From Capsulimonadaceae bacterium (GTDB taxonomy: Bacteria > Armatimonadota > Armatimonadia > Armatimonadales > Capsulimonadaceae): a DNA stretch of 64,000 nucleotides. The notes under the pieces are model-generated. The model was not told where the DNA came from. It ran no database searches and saw only the letters and a program-made list of their open reading frames with translations. The stretch spans positions 2,656,001-2,720,000 of the forward strand of contig OZ244065.1 in assembly GCA_965215505.1 (NCBI GenBank), written 5' to 3'. A program made the translations under genes and the position numbers. Below are positions 9,289 through 19,479 of the stretch, one piece after another (the stretch's first letter is position 1; each line of letters begins with the position of its first letter).

Positions 9289-9861
9289 GTGAAACACCTC
9301 TTCTCCCTCCTCATCGCTCTAGCCGCGACTGCCGCTCTACTTCTCGACCTAACCGGCACTGCCAGAGCATCCGCCGTCGATGTAACCAATGCCGCCCCCA
9401 ACTCTTCCGGCTTTGCGACCTGTACCGGCGCTAACTCGGACAACAGCACCGCCACCTGGACCGTCGGAGGGCAAATCTATTTCACTTCCGAGTACCAATA
9501 CCCTCCCGCGATGGGCGTAGCTGCTGGCTTCCACAATATCCATCCCGGTGTGGTCGGCCCCTATGACACGATGGGAGGCAGTATCTGCGAATATCAGGTG
9601 ACGACCTCAAGTAATGTCAAAACGGACGGCTGTGACCCGATCGACGGCGACATGAACCTCTACTTCACTCCCTATACTGGTGGTGGCTCACCTGAGTATG
9701 TCGGGGGATATGCCATCTCTTCCCCTTCCGCCAGCACGACTTACAAAACCGCATCACAGTTCACCTTCAATGAAGTCGTGGATGCCAAAAACATCCAGTA
9801 CAAAGTGACCTCCGAGCAAGGCATGGGGGCGCTCGGCACGGTAGCCACGCCGTACCTCTAG
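9289..9861 (+). CDS. Secreted hypothetical protein
   Basis: AAAGGA RBS, GTG start, signal peptide ending ARA-SA; beta-rich mature part. Confidence 0.75.
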   Translation: MKHLFSLLIALAATAALLLDLTGTARASAVDVTNAAPNSSGFATCTGANSDNSTATWTVGGQIYFTSEYQYPPAMGVAAGFHNIHPGVVGPYDTMGGSICEYQVTTSSNVKTDGCDPIDGDMNLYFTPYTGGGSPEYVGGYAISSPSASTTYKTASQFTFNEVVDAKNIQYKVTSEQGMGALGTVATPYL

Positions 9862-9979
9862 GTGCAAGCCCGGTCCCGGCAGGATAGATCTTCAGCCGTT
9901 GCATCCTTGCCGGGGCTGCTTTCACAACCGTGACGGCTTCATGAACGCGAATGAGCATGGAGGCTTAACAGGTGAAACC

Positions 9980-11362
9980 ATGTCCCATAACCGGTGGCTC
10001 TTACCGTCCACTATTTTCGCTGGCGTTCTTCTCCCGGTCGGCATACTGGGAGTTATCGCGGCCCGCTCGGCTCCCTTTCAAGCCGCTTCTCAAGGCGCGA
10101 AAGAAGCCGCCAAACCGTCAATAAACAGTGACGGCTCCCTCTTTGGGGAGGTCATCCCCGCCGAACTAGAGAAACCGGTGACGGTCAAGCCGTCTTGGCT
10201 GCCCCTGTCCAAGCATCTCGTCGCCCTCCAGGATGCCACCCAGGTCCCCCTCACTCGTGCCCCCTCTATGCCTGATGACATCCTTTTTGTCACTACCCCC
10301 GGCCGCACGGAGTTTTCCCTGCTCCGCCAAATGCGTCTGCTGTTGACGGATGACCGGTGGCGGGCCGAATGGGGTAGCAAGGAAGTGAGCAAAGGCAACG
10401 ATGACGTAAGCAAAGGCGAACACTCCTACCACCTGTGGCGCGAGGCGGTCAGCCCGCAGGAGCGGAAGGCCAGGATGGCTAAGGCGGCGGAGGATCGGCT
10501 GGCGAAGGTGCTGGCGCTGCTGGCGGCAGGTCCCCAAGCATGGGACGCAGCGCGGCAGGATGACCCGGAGTTATCCAACGGCCTCGGCCAGTCCATCCGC
10601 CAAGCCCCGCTCCTGTTGGCCGCCGAACTCTCCCCTGAGCAGATAGACGCCATACTGATGGGTCAGCCGCTCACCCTGAGTGTGGCAAGTATGTCTCCCC
10701 TGGACCAGGGGCGCGTGCGGCAAGCCGTCTCCGCTGTGCCCAGCAACGCCATTACCACCACTGCGACCAGCACGATAACCGGCGAGAAGAGGACTGTCTT
10801 TGATGAGCGGCACCTGCTGACGACTGGCGCGGTCGTGTTCGAGGCGGCACCGGCCGTTGGTAATCCGGGATTACTTGAGTTGGCGATGCACATCTATACG
10901 GAGCCGTCGCACGAGTTCGGGATGGGCAGCAACGGGATGCTGCTCCTGTCTGCATCCGCCTTCAACCCTAGCGAGAAACGGGAGATCGAAGAGCGGCACC
11001 GGCAGGAGGCAGCGAACGCGCTGGCCGACAAGACGCCGGGGTCCAAGATGGTGACGATTGACGCGGCGGCCAGACCGCAGCCGGGCGAGCCGGAACTTGC
11101 GGCCTACCTGCGCGCCTTCGCCGAGCAGACGAAGCTGACGGTGCTGGCACACTGGCCCCAGGACAGCAAGGCCCTGACCGACGACAAGGGCCTGCCCAAG
11201 CGGCTGCCCGCCTCCATCGTGAACCGCCCGGCGGGGGAGGCGCTGGACATCCTGTGCAAGACGTATGGCGGTGAGTGGGTGCAGGACGAGGCGACGGTTC
11301 GCCTGCGCGCCCTGCCCGCCCCGGAGCCTGTGGTCAGGAAGCCGGGCAGCCCCAGCCGGTGA
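9980..11362 (+). CDS. Hypothetical exported or membrane-anchored protein
   Basis: Long ORF with an N-terminal hydrophobic segment (MSHNRWLLPSTIFAGVLL); start uncertain. Confidence 0.7.
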   Translation: MSHNRWLLPSTIFAGVLLPVGILGVIAARSAPFQAASQGAKEAAKPSINSDGSLFGEVIPAELEKPVTVKPSWLPLSKHLVALQDATQVPLTRAPSMPDDILFVTTPGRTEFSLLRQMRLLLTDDRWRAEWGSKEVSKGNDDVSKGEHSYHLWREAVSPQERKARMAKAAEDRLAKVLALLAAGPQAWDAARQDDPELSNGLGQSIRQAPLLLAAELSPEQIDAILMGQPLTLSVASMSPLDQGRVRQAVSAVPSNAITTTATSTITGEKRTVFDERHLLTTGAVVFEAAPAVGNPGLLELAMHIYTEPSHEFGMGSNGMLLLSASAFNPSEKREIEERHRQEAANALADKTPGSKMVTIDAAARPQPGEPELAAYLRAFAEQTKLTVLAHWPQDSKALTDDKGLPKRLPASIVNRPAGEALDILCKTYGGEWVQDEATVRLRALPAPEPVVRKPGSPSR

Positions 11363-11379
11363 GGCGGGCGTGAAACAGG

Positions 11380-11416
11380 CAAAGGGCGGGGGTGACACAG
11401 TCACCCCCGCCCTTTG
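11380..11416. terminator. Strong hairpin between convergent genes
   Basis: CAAAGGGCGGGGGTGAC-aca-GTCACCCCCGCCCTTTG. Confidence 0.8.
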
Positions 11417-11458
11417 TGCTGCCGGGGCTAGCTCCCGGACCCCTTCACCCTTTTCTTC

Positions 11459-11812
11459 TCACCCGTTCCTCCCCTTCCACGCCAGCGCGACCGCGCCCAC
11501 CGAGGCCAGCGCGAGGCAGAGGCCGTAGAAGACGTGGAAGGGGAGCGGGAACTGCGGGCTGGAGAGCGAGGCGGACGCGATCCCCGCCGCCGCCAGGCAG
11601 ATGCCGATGCGCGCGTTGACGTCGGCAGGCTTCTGCCCGAACTGGCGGGCATTGCCCAGGCTGCCGCCCGCCGCCATGCCGCGCAGCAGCAGGAACAGTC
11701 CGACGACGATGCCCAGTGTCAGGGCCAGGGCCGACTTGTGCCCGAGCGTCAGGCCCGCCACGGCCAGGAGAGTCGCCAGCACGGCGGCAAAGCGGATCAT
11801 TGAGGGGTTCAT
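11459..11812 (-). CDS. Small 4-TM membrane protein
   Basis: 117 aa hydrophobic ORF; ATGA overlap with the upstream gene. Confidence 0.75.
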   Translation of the reverse strand: MNPSMIRFAAVLATLLAVAGLTLGHKSALALTLGIVVGLFLLLRGMAAGGSLGNARQFGQKPADVNARIGICLAAAGIASASLSSPQFPLPFHVFYGLCLALASVGAVALAWKGRNG

Positions 11813-12840
11813 TGCGGGGCCGGCCCGCCCGGCGGCAGGCTCGGGCGCTGCGGGCCGCTGCCCTCCTCTTCGAGCGGGTCGCCGCCCAGGGACCGCCGGG
11901 GCGGCGCGGCGGGCGGCGGCTGGCTGAAGGAAGGCGGCGGGGGCTGCTGGCTGTAAGGAGGCTGCTGGCCGAAGGCGGGCGGCTGACCGTAAGGGGGAGC
12001 CTGGCCATAGGGCGGCGCTTGGCCGGGCGGCGGGGGCCAGACGCCCGGCGCGTAGGGCGCGGGAGCGCCGTAAGGGGCCGCGCCGTGGGGCGAGGCGGGG
12101 GCCAAGATGCCCGGCATGCCGATCATGTCCCGGTACGCCAGCGCGCCGACGATGTGTAGCATGGGGATGGTCACGAACAGCCCCAGGCCGCAGGGGATGA
12201 CGCTCGCCACGATGAGGAGCGAGAGAACAAAAAGGAACAGCGCGCCGTTCAGCCAGTCCCGCTTCATGCCCTCGATGCTCTGCGAGAGCGCCGCGACCGC
12301 CGGGCGACCGTCTGCGACCAGCGCCTGGGTCGGCAGGGCGAAGGCGGCGACGACGAACACGCCGATACAGAAGGAAACCACGCCGAGGATGTACGCAAAA
12401 AACAGGAGCAGGTTCAGGAGGAGCATCGGCGCAAAGCGCGCCCCGCCGCCGAAGGCATCACCGAGCGAGATCGGCTCCCCGCGCACCTGCTTGACGGCCA
12501 TGCCGTAAAGTGAGGCATCCTGGAAGGAGGTGAACGTCCAGGTGAACAGCGCGGCCAGCGTCTGTCCGAGCGGCGTCACATTGCTGTTCGTGCCGTACTG
12601 AATGCCCCAATGGGCACTCATTCCGCCGAACGGGCCGGGCGAGGCGACGTAGGCGCTGTTGGCGAAGACGGTTGAAATGATGCCGTCCACCACATTGCTG
12701 ACGATCCCATAGAGCAGGACCGCCACGATCCAGGTCCCCGCCTTCCCGCCGAGTATCTGCCAGGACTCCCCGATCCAGCCGAAGTTCACCCGGCCCGGCG
12801 GCATGTACCCGCCGGGCGGGCTTCCATAGGCGACGCTCAT
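11809..12840 (-). CDS. Integral membrane protein with a Pro/Gln/Tyr-rich tail (paralog 3)
   Basis: Start MSVAYGSPPGG after AGAAGGAG; RVNFGWIGESW; GMAVKQVRGEPI; PGVWPPPP then repeated GQAPPY. Confidence 0.85.
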   Translation of the reverse strand: MSVAYGSPPGGYMPPGRVNFGWIGESWQILGGKAGTWIVAVLLYGIVSNVVDGIISTVFANSAYVASPGPFGGMSAHWGIQYGTNSNVTPLGQTLAALFTWTFTSFQDASLYGMAVKQVRGEPISLGDAFGGGARFAPMLLLNLLLFFAYILGVVSFCIGVFVVAAFALPTQALVADGRPAVAALSQSIEGMKRDWLNGALFLFVLSLLIVASVIPCGLGLFVTIPMLHIVGALAYRDMIGMPGILAPASPHGAAPYGAPAPYAPGVWPPPPGQAPPYGQAPPYGQPPAFGQQPPYSQQPPPPSFSQPPPAAPPRRSLGGDPLEEEGSGPQRPSLPPGGPAPQ

Positions 12841-12854
12841 GTGCTTCTCTCCTT

Positions 12855-13724
12855 CTATCGCGCCGTGGGCGGCGGGGGCCAGACGCCCGGCGGGGGCGCG
12901 GCATATTGGTACTGCGTAGGGTAGGCGGGCGGCGTCTGCGTCAGGGCGAGGTAGCCGACGGCGATGCTGATCAGGAACACGGGGTAGGTCGCCAGCATCC
13001 CGACGCCGCACACCAGCGCGCCCAGGCCGCCGACGAGCGCGGCGACGAAGTAGAAGAAGGTGGCCATCAGCCACTGGCCTTTCAGCAGGCGGACACTGCC
13101 CAGGAGGGCGTCGGCGGCATCCTTGCCCGCATCCACCACCAGCAGCGGGGCGAACATGAGTAGGGACTCCAGCACGATGTCGGGAAGCCAGACGACCGCA
13201 TTGACGATGGACACGGCGGCGGTCGGCGCGAGGGACAGGTGCAGGAGCCACACGCCCAGGCCCCCGACAAGGCCCACGGCGGCGGGGGCGACGATACCGA
13301 CCATGAAGAGCGGCACGGCCTGGGGGAAGGCGGAGAACAGGCCGAGCGGGGAGATCGGCTCGCCGCGCCGCTGCATCAGCGCCATGCGGTAAAGCCCCCC
13401 GAAGAAGACGGCGTTATACCCGCCGGCCAGCACGGCGAAGACGTGGCCCACGGCGTACTGGGTGAGCGGGTTCTGGGCGGGCGGGCGCGGGGCCGTCGGG
13501 TGGAAGATCGTCTGGAAGGCGTGCTGCAAGGTCGCCAGCGTGCCGGTCGGAATCGCCCAGAGCAGCCACAAGACCATGCTGATCAGGAAGAACAAAAAGG
13601 ACGCCCCAACCCATGCGCCCGCCTGCGCCGCGAACAGCGACCACGCCTCGCCGATCCAGCCGAAATCCACGCGGCCCGTCGGCGGCGCATATCCGCCCGG
13701 CGGACCTCCGTAAGCAACGCTCAT
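12855..13724 (-). CDS. Integral membrane protein (paralog 2)
   Basis: RVDFGWIGEAW, GLYRMALMQRRGEPI, C-terminal PGVWPPPP. Confidence 0.85.
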   Translation of the reverse strand: MSVAYGGPPGGYAPPTGRVDFGWIGEAWSLFAAQAGAWVGASFLFFLISMVLWLLWAIPTGTLATLQHAFQTIFHPTAPRPPAQNPLTQYAVGHVFAVLAGGYNAVFFGGLYRMALMQRRGEPISPLGLFSAFPQAVPLFMVGIVAPAAVGLVGGLGVWLLHLSLAPTAAVSIVNAVVWLPDIVLESLLMFAPLLVVDAGKDAADALLGSVRLLKGQWLMATFFYFVAALVGGLGALVCGVGMLATYPVFLISIAVGYLALTQTPPAYPTQYQYAAPPPGVWPPPPTAR

Positions 13725-13749
13725 GTTTGTTCTTTCTCCACGGACCCGC

Positions 13750-14694
13750 CTACGCCGTGGGCGCGGGCGGCCAGACGCCCGGCGCGGCGGGCGGATGATA
13801 CGGGGCGGGCGGCGGCAGGATGTCCGGCATCCCGGCGAGGTCCCGATAGGCCAGGGCGGTCACCAGGAAGATCATGGGGACCGTCACCAGCATCCCGAGG
13901 AAGCAGAGGAGCTGGCTGACATAGTAGAGCAGGCCCATGACGAACACGAACCCGGCGGCGGGCAGCCAGTGCGCCTTCATCGCCTGGGCACTGCGCCGCA
14001 GGGCCGGGAAGGCGCGGACGCCGTCGGCCATCAGCGGGAAGGCGGGCAGCAGCAGGGCCGTCAGGGCGAGGGAGGAACACAGCCACACGACCAGACCCAC
14101 GACGAATGTCACGGCTGTCGCCGCCGTGGAGGCGTGGCGCAGGACCAGGATGTACCCCGGCCCCAGGCCGATCGCTTCCAGGGCGTAGGAGGCGAAGTAC
14201 AGCAGGAACATCGCCCCCAGCATCCGCCAGAACAGCGGCCCGCCCGCGAAGATGTCCCGGAAGGTTAGGGCCAGCCCGCGCACCTGCCGGACGGCCATGC
14301 GGAACATGCCGCCGAACAGAAAGGCGGAGTAGAGGGAGAAGACGAAGAGGACGGCGAATTCTACGGTTATGATCCTGCCCGTGTTGCCGGGCGCGAAGAT
14401 CGCAGGCGGGGCGGGCGCGGGCACCACCGCCCCCGGAGCCGGCGGATGGGGCGGGAAGCCGCCGGGGAACATGGAGGCGATGATGTAGACGTAGAAGGCA
14501 ATCGCGACGACCGCGAAGGGGCCGATGAGGGCCAGGACGGCGACGACCCAGAGGCCCGCATGGGCCATGAAGAACTGCCAGGCCTCATTGATCCAGCCGA
14601 AGTCCACCCGCTTGGCCGGCGGCGCGTAGACGCCGGGGTAGCCGCCCGCCGGGTATTCTCCTGCCGGGTACTGCCCGCTCGTCGGGACGCTCAT
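13750..14694 (-). CDS. Integral membrane protein (paralog 1)
   Basis: RVDFGWINEAW, GMFRMAVRQVRG, C-terminal PGVWPPAP. Confidence 0.85.
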   Translation of the reverse strand: MSVPTSGQYPAGEYPAGGYPGVYAPPAKRVDFGWINEAWQFFMAHAGLWVVAVLALIGPFAVVAIAFYVYIIASMFPGGFPPHPPAPGAVVPAPAPPAIFAPGNTGRIITVEFAVLFVFSLYSAFLFGGMFRMAVRQVRGLALTFRDIFAGGPLFWRMLGAMFLLYFASYALEAIGLGPGYILVLRHASTAATAVTFVVGLVVWLCSSLALTALLLPAFPLMADGVRAFPALRRSAQAMKAHWLPAAGFVFVMGLLYYVSQLLCFLGMLVTVPMIFLVTALAYRDLAGMPDILPPPAPYHPPAAPGVWPPAPTA

Positions 14695-14878
14695 GCCTAT
14701 TCCCCTCCCCCTTGCCGTGAACACTGGAACGATGGGAGGGTGTTCGGCGCGGGGGGCGGGTTTTCCTGCATGAAGCCCAGCGGCAAGAAAGGCGCGGGAA
14801 GATGAAGAAGAGCAGGGAAGATGAGAAAAGGCGGGTGAAGAGCAGAACGCGAGAAAGAAAGGCGAACACCTCCAGGAA

Positions 14879-15030
14879 GGGCGAACACAAGGTTCGCCCC
14901 TACATCCGTTCGCACATCCCTTCCGTCTGCCCCGTAGGGGCGAACCTTGTGTTCGCCCTTCCCACCCGTCCGCGCCCTTCCCGTCCGCGCCCTTCCCGTC
15001 CGCGCCCTTCCCGTCCCTGGCCCTTCCTCT
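14879..15030. repeat. Inverted pair of GTAG-type REPs plus a 15-bp tandem repeat
   Basis: GGGCGAACACAAGGTTCGCCCCTAC (14879) and its reverse complement (14934), then (CCGTCCGCGCCCTTC)x3. Confidence 0.85.
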
Positions 15031-15043
15031 CCGCGCGTCTGCC

Positions 15044-16255
15044 CTACTTGTCCTGCAAGGCCGCCACGCCCGGCAGCTCTTTCCCTTCCAGGAACTCCAG
15101 CGACGCGCCGCCGCCGGTCGAGATGTGCGTCATCCTGTCGGCGAAGCCCAGCTTCTCCACCGCCGCCGCCGAGTCGCCGCCGCCGACGATGGTGATGGCC
15201 CCGCTGTCGGCCAGGGCCTGCGCGACGCCGCGCGTGCCGGCCGCGAACTTTTCGAACTCGAAGATGCCCGCCGGGCCGTTCCAAATCACCGTCTTCGCGC
15301 CCTGCAAGATGGCCGTGATCGCCTTCACCGTGGTCGGGCCGATGTCCGCGCCCTCCCAGTCGGCGGGGATCTCCTTGACCGGGACGACCTTCGTTTGCAA
15401 GGCGTCCGGATTGCCGTCGAAAGGGTTGCCGTCGGTGACGACAACGTCCACGGGCAGCATCAGCTTGACGCCTGCCTCGTCCTGCACCTTCTTGGCGAAC
15501 TCCAGGCTGTTCACGTCCAGCAGCGACTTGCCGATCTCCATTCCCTGCGCCTTGAAGAAGGTGTAGGCCATGCCGCCGACGATGATTAAAGTGTCCACCT
15601 TGGGCAGCAGGCTCTCGATCACGGGGATCTTGTCCTTGACCTTCGCCCCGCCCAGGATCGCGACGAACGGCCGAGCCGGGTTCTCGACCGTGTTGCCCAA
15701 ATAGTCCAGTTCTTTCTTGAGCAGGAAGCCGGCCACAGCGGGCTTGCCCTGTTCGGTCATCACGCGCGCCACGCCTTCGGTCGAGGCGTGGGCGCGGTGG
15801 GCGGCCCCGAAGGCGTCATTAACGTAGACGTCGGCCAGCTTCGCCAGCTCGTGGCTCATCTCGGGGTCGTTGGCCTCCTCGCGCGGCGTGTAGCGCAGGT
15901 TCTCCAGCATGACCAGCGTGCCGGGTGCCTCAAAGGTCTTGACCACCTGCGGCACTTCAAACGCATCCCGGTCCAGCAGCTCCACCTTCTGCCCCGTAAG
16001 CTGTGCCAGCCGCTCGGCGACGGGCTTCAGGGTGTACTTCGGGTCCGGCTTGCCCTTGGGCCGGCCTAGGTGACTCATCAGGATGACGAGCGCGCCCTTC
16101 TCGGTCAGGTACTGGATGGTCGGCAGGGCCGCCCGGATGCGGCGGTCGTCGGTGATCGCGCCCGTCTCGTCCTGGGGCACGTTGAAGTCCACCCGCACCA
16201 GGACGCGCTTGCCAGCCACGTCCACGTCTTCCACGGTCTTCTTGTTGAAACTCAT
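15044..16255 (-). CDS. pgk: Phosphoglycerate kinase
   Basis: [61 protein letters not shown]. Confidence 0.99.
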   Translation of the reverse strand: MSFNKKTVEDVDVAGKRVLVRVDFNVPQDETGAITDDRRIRAALPTIQYLTEKGALVILMSHLGRPKGKPDPKYTLKPVAERLAQLTGQKVELLDRDAFEVPQVVKTFEAPGTLVMLENLRYTPREEANDPEMSHELAKLADVYVNDAFGAAHRAHASTEGVARVMTEQGKPAVAGFLLKKELDYLGNTVENPARPFVAILGGAKVKDKIPVIESLLPKVDTLIIVGGMAYTFFKAQGMEIGKSLLDVNSLEFAKKVQDEAGVKLMLPVDVVVTDGNPFDGNPDALQTKVVPVKEIPADWEGADIGPTTVKAITAILQGAKTVIWNGPAGIFEFEKFAAGTRGVAQALADSGAITIVGGGDSAAAVEKLGFADRMTHISTGGGASLEFLEGKELPGVAALQDK

Positions 16256-16337
16256 TGATATTGTCCTCGCGCTTGGGTAAAGATGTGATACAAAACGCTC
16301 TCAGTATACCCGCCGCGCAAAAAGATTTTGCTGGCTC

Positions 16338-16370
16338 TTGACAATTAGAATACTAACTGTTATAATACTA
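16338..16370 (+). promoter_or_regulatory. Consensus promoter with an overlapping inverted-repeat operator; probably leaderless mRNA
   Basis: TTGACA-17-TATAAT; TTAG-AATA-CTAA in the spacer; ATG 7 nt after the -10 box with no RBS. Confidence 0.8.
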
Positions 16371-16373
16371 ATC

Positions 16374-16814
16374 ATGCAAGACGTTCCGCTGCCTGCCGCC
16401 CTCTGCACCGCCCTGATGCGTCTGGGGACGCGCATGGCGACCCTCTTCGACCAGAAGTTCAGCCGGTTCGGGCTGACCCAGGCGCAGTTCCGCGTCCTGC
16501 TGGCGGTCTGGGAGGCGGGCGCAGACGGGGTCACCCCGTCCGTCCTGGCCGACCGCCTGCTGATCGAGCGGGCGACGGTTTCGGTCCTGACGGCCCGCCT
16601 GGTGGAGCGCGGCTGGCTGGCCCGACGGCCCGGCGAGAACCGGCGCACGTTCCTCCTGGTCATGACCGAAGCGGGAACGGCGAGTCTGCTGGAATCATTG
16701 CCGCACGCGGCCGCGCTGGCGGACGAGACATTGGCAGGCTTCCACCGGGAGGAGCTGCGCGAGACTCTGGCGCTGCTGGACCGACTGGAAGCGCATTTAC
16801 GGGAGAAGGAATAG
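16374..16814 (+). CDS. MarR family transcriptional regulator
   Basis: GLTQAQFRVL..LADRLLIERATVSVLTARLVERGWLAR..NRR..MTEAG. Confidence 0.92.
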   Translation: MQDVPLPAALCTALMRLGTRMATLFDQKFSRFGLTQAQFRVLLAVWEAGADGVTPSVLADRLLIERATVSVLTARLVERGWLARRPGENRRTFLLVMTEAGTASLLESLPHAAALADETLAGFHREELRETLALLDRLEAHLREKE

Positions 16815-16817
16815 GAA

Positions 16818-17291
16818 ATGGCAACAATTCATGGGGGGCGGTTCACCGCCGACACGTCGGAACCGTTCGTGGTTTTCCTGATCGGGATGCGGATCAACAA
16901 ACCGCTGGCCGTCCACAAGTGGCTGCCGACGACTCTCGCGATGGGGCCGATGCTGCGCTCGCTCGCCCAGGACCCGGACAGCGGCTTCCTGCATGGCGAG
17001 CCGTTCTTCTACCCCGGCGGGGTGGGCCTGATCCAATACTGGCGCTCGACCGAGGACCTGGAGCGGTTCGCCCGGTCCCCGCAGGAGCCGCACCTGAAGG
17101 CCTGGCGGCGCTTCAACAAGGCAATCGGCAAGGACGGCAGCGTCGGCATCTGGCACGAGACTTACGAGGTGGCGGCGGGCCGTTACGAGGCGATCTACGC
17201 CAACATGCCCCGCTTCGGCCTGGCCGCCGCGACGGCCCACGCCCCGGTCGGCAAGCGCGGCGAGACGGCCCGCGAGCGGCTGACAGTATAG
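16818..17291 (+). CDS. DUF4188 family protein
   Basis: VVFLIGMRINK, IQYWRS, HLKAWRRFN, VGIWHETY, YEAIYANMPRFGL. Confidence 0.88.
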   Translation: MATIHGGRFTADTSEPFVVFLIGMRINKPLAVHKWLPTTLAMGPMLRSLAQDPDSGFLHGEPFFYPGGVGLIQYWRSTEDLERFARSPQEPHLKAWRRFNKAIGKDGSVGIWHETYEVAAGRYEAIYANMPRFGLAAATAHAPVGKRGETARERLTV

Positions 17292-17355
17292 GCACGGCCG
17301 TGTCTTCCCCTTCGTGCAACCTTTTCGCGGCTGCCGTGTCAAAGGAAGTAAGACC

Positions 17356-17976
17356 ATGATTACACTGATCTGCTCGATACTTCTGCTGATCGGCATCCTG
17401 GGCCTGCTGGCACAGGTCGTGCTGGGCGGCCACCACGCCGGCCACCTGGGGCACCATGCCTCTGTCGGGCACGCGCACGGCGGCAGCGCAGGCCACGGGC
17501 AGGCCGGGCACGGGCACGCAGGGCAGAGCCATTCCGGCCAAGACCGGGGGCCCTCGCCGCTGTGGACGCTGCTGTCGCCGCTGGCCCTCTTCAGCGTGTG
17601 CCTCGGGACGGGCGCGACGGGCCTGTTGCTGAAGCACCTGCATCTGCCGACGGGCCAGGTCGCCCTCGCCGCGCTGGTCGGCGGGCTGGTCTTCTACGGG
17701 CTGCTCGTCCGGCCCCTCTGGAACGTCCTCTTCCGCTTCGCCTCCACGCCCAGCACCTCGCTCGCCGGGACCGTGGCGCACGAGGCCGAGGCCCTGACCC
17801 GCTTCGACGCATCGGGCAAGGGCCTAGTGCGCGTCACCGTTGACGGCCAGCTCGTCCGCATCCTCGCCACTTTGGAGCCGGAGGACAGGGCCGAAGAGGC
17901 AGTCCGGCCCGGCGACCGGCTCACCATCACGAGCGTGGACGGCCGCACCAATTCCTGCCGCGTCGCGCGGCTATGA
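17356..17976 (+). CDS. NfeD-like flotillin partner (His/Gly-rich loop, C-terminal OB fold)
   Basis: TM helices, a G/H-rich stretch, GLVRVTVDGQ..RPGDRLTITSVD; directly upstream of the SPFH gene. Confidence 0.75.
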   Translation: MITLICSILLLIGILGLLAQVVLGGHHAGHLGHHASVGHAHGGSAGHGQAGHGHAGQSHSGQDRGPSPLWTLLSPLALFSVCLGTGATGLLLKHLHLPTGQVALAALVGGLVFYGLLVRPLWNVLFRFASTPSTSLAGTVAHEAEALTRFDASGKGLVRVTVDGQLVRILATLEPEDRAEEAVRPGDRLTITSVDGRTNSCRVARL

Positions 17977-18120
17977 CCTACCCCCGCGACAAGTCGCGAC
18001 CCCTCCCTGTTAGGGAAGGGTAAGGATGTGGCGAAAGCTCTTCCTGTCTTCACCCTCCCTTGACAGGGGAGGGTCGCCGCTCGCCCTCCGGGTAGCCAGT
18101 GCTGCGGCGGGGAGAGGTCC
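17977..18120. repeat. CCCTCCC-type palindromic REP pair
   Basis: CCCTCCCTGTTAGGGAAGGG and CCCTCCCTTGACAGGGGAGGG hairpins. Confidence 0.6.
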
Positions 18121-18143
18121 GCTTAGACTTTAGGAGAAAACCC

Positions 18144-19475
18144 ATGGATTTCAGAGTGATTCTGTCCGTCGTCGGCCTCATCGTCTTCGTCCTGATCCTC
18201 GTCCCGATCATCATCAGCCGGTTCCTGACTACGGTGGACGCCGGGACCATCCGCCTCGTCTCGCGCTTCGGCGGCAGCACCTCCATCTACCGGGGGCCGG
18301 GCAAGGCCATCGAGGTGCCGCTGATGACCACCAGCACGACCATACCGTCCAAGGCCATCAACATCGACCTGGACATCGCCGACCAGACCGCCGACGTGGA
18401 CCGGAGCGGCGTCCCCAAGCCGATCAAGGTGCGCGTCCTGGCCTCGGCCATCGTCTCGGTCGGTGACTCCGACGAGATGATCACGACCTCGGCCAACAAG
18501 TTCTTCTCCAAGCCGCAGGCCGAGCAGACGGCAACCCTCTCGGACCTGCTGACCTCCACGGGGCGGCGCGCGGTCAATCTGCTCAACCACGACGAGCTGT
18601 TCTCCTCCAAGGGCCAGCGCGACATCTCCAGCCTCGCGCCCGGCTCGGACGTGGCCCGCTCCATCGCCGCCGTGCCCGTGGAAGAAGACGACCGCTTGGC
18701 GCTCATCATCAAAGGCGCGTGTTCGCGTGAATTGCAGGACCTGGGCCTGGTCTTTAACTCCCTCAACATCAAAGAGGTCCAGAGCGAAGTCGCCGAGGCG
18801 CGGCGTCGCCAGTCCGCCGTGGAAGCGAAGGCCAACGCCGACATCGTCTCCGCCGACCAGGAGCGCCGGGCGCGTGAGGCGCAGCTCGGGGCCGAACAGG
18901 CGATCAACGACAAGCAGCGCGACCTGGAGCAGCGCAAGGCGCAGAACGCCGCCACGGTCGCCGAGGCCGAGGCTTTGAAGCAGTCCGCGCTCGCCGTCCA
19001 GCGCGAAGCGGAACTGAAGGCCACCCAGATCGCCCAGGCGAACGCCGACGCCGCCCGCGTCCGCATCCAGGCGGAAGCCTCCGCCGACGCCGAGGCCGTC
19101 AAGGTCCGGACCCTGGGCTTGGCCCAGGCCGACGCCATCCGCGCCGTCAACCAGGCGATCCAGCAGGGCGGCGACGCCTACCTCGCCTTGAAGCAGCTCG
19201 AACTGCTGCCGCAGATCGTCCCGGCCATCGCCGAGGCCCTGGCGAACGCCAAGCTGATCAACATCAGCGGCGCGGGCGACGGGCGCGGCGCGGCAGGCAA
19301 CGCGACGGACCAGATCACCGGCGTCATCCAGACCCTCCTGGCGACCCAGCTTGTCAGCGGCCAGTTAAGGCTGGACGCCCCCGACCCCGCCCTGGCCCTG
19401 CCCCGGCAGAACGGGACAGAGCCGCAGGCCCAGCCAACGTCCGAGCAGGTAGCTCTGACGGCGCGGCGGAGGTAG
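18144..19475 (+). CDS. Flotillin-like SPFH domain protein
   Basis: N-terminal TM helix, SPFH-like core (LQDLGLVFNSLNIKEV), AEA-rich coiled coil. Confidence 0.85.
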   Translation: MDFRVILSVVGLIVFVLILVPIIISRFLTTVDAGTIRLVSRFGGSTSIYRGPGKAIEVPLMTTSTTIPSKAINIDLDIADQTADVDRSGVPKPIKVRVLASAIVSVGDSDEMITTSANKFFSKPQAEQTATLSDLLTSTGRRAVNLLNHDELFSSKGQRDISSLAPGSDVARSIAAVPVEEDDRLALIIKGACSRELQDLGLVFNSLNIKEVQSEVAEARRRQSAVEAKANADIVSADQERRAREAQLGAEQAINDKQRDLEQRKAQNAATVAEAEALKQSALAVQREAELKATQIAQANADAARVRIQAEASADAEAVKVRTLGLAQADAIRAVNQAIQQGGDAYLALKQLELLPQIVPAIAEALANAKLINISGAGDGRGAAGNATDQITGVIQTLLATQLVSGQLRLDAPDPALALPRQNGTEPQAQPTSEQVALTARRR

Positions 19476-19479
19476 AGGG

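Noticed and set aside
14697-15284. ORFs containing VGANLVFAL / GEHKVRPY peptides (also near 26705 and 61204)
   Set aside because: These are translations of the GTAG REP sequence, not genes.
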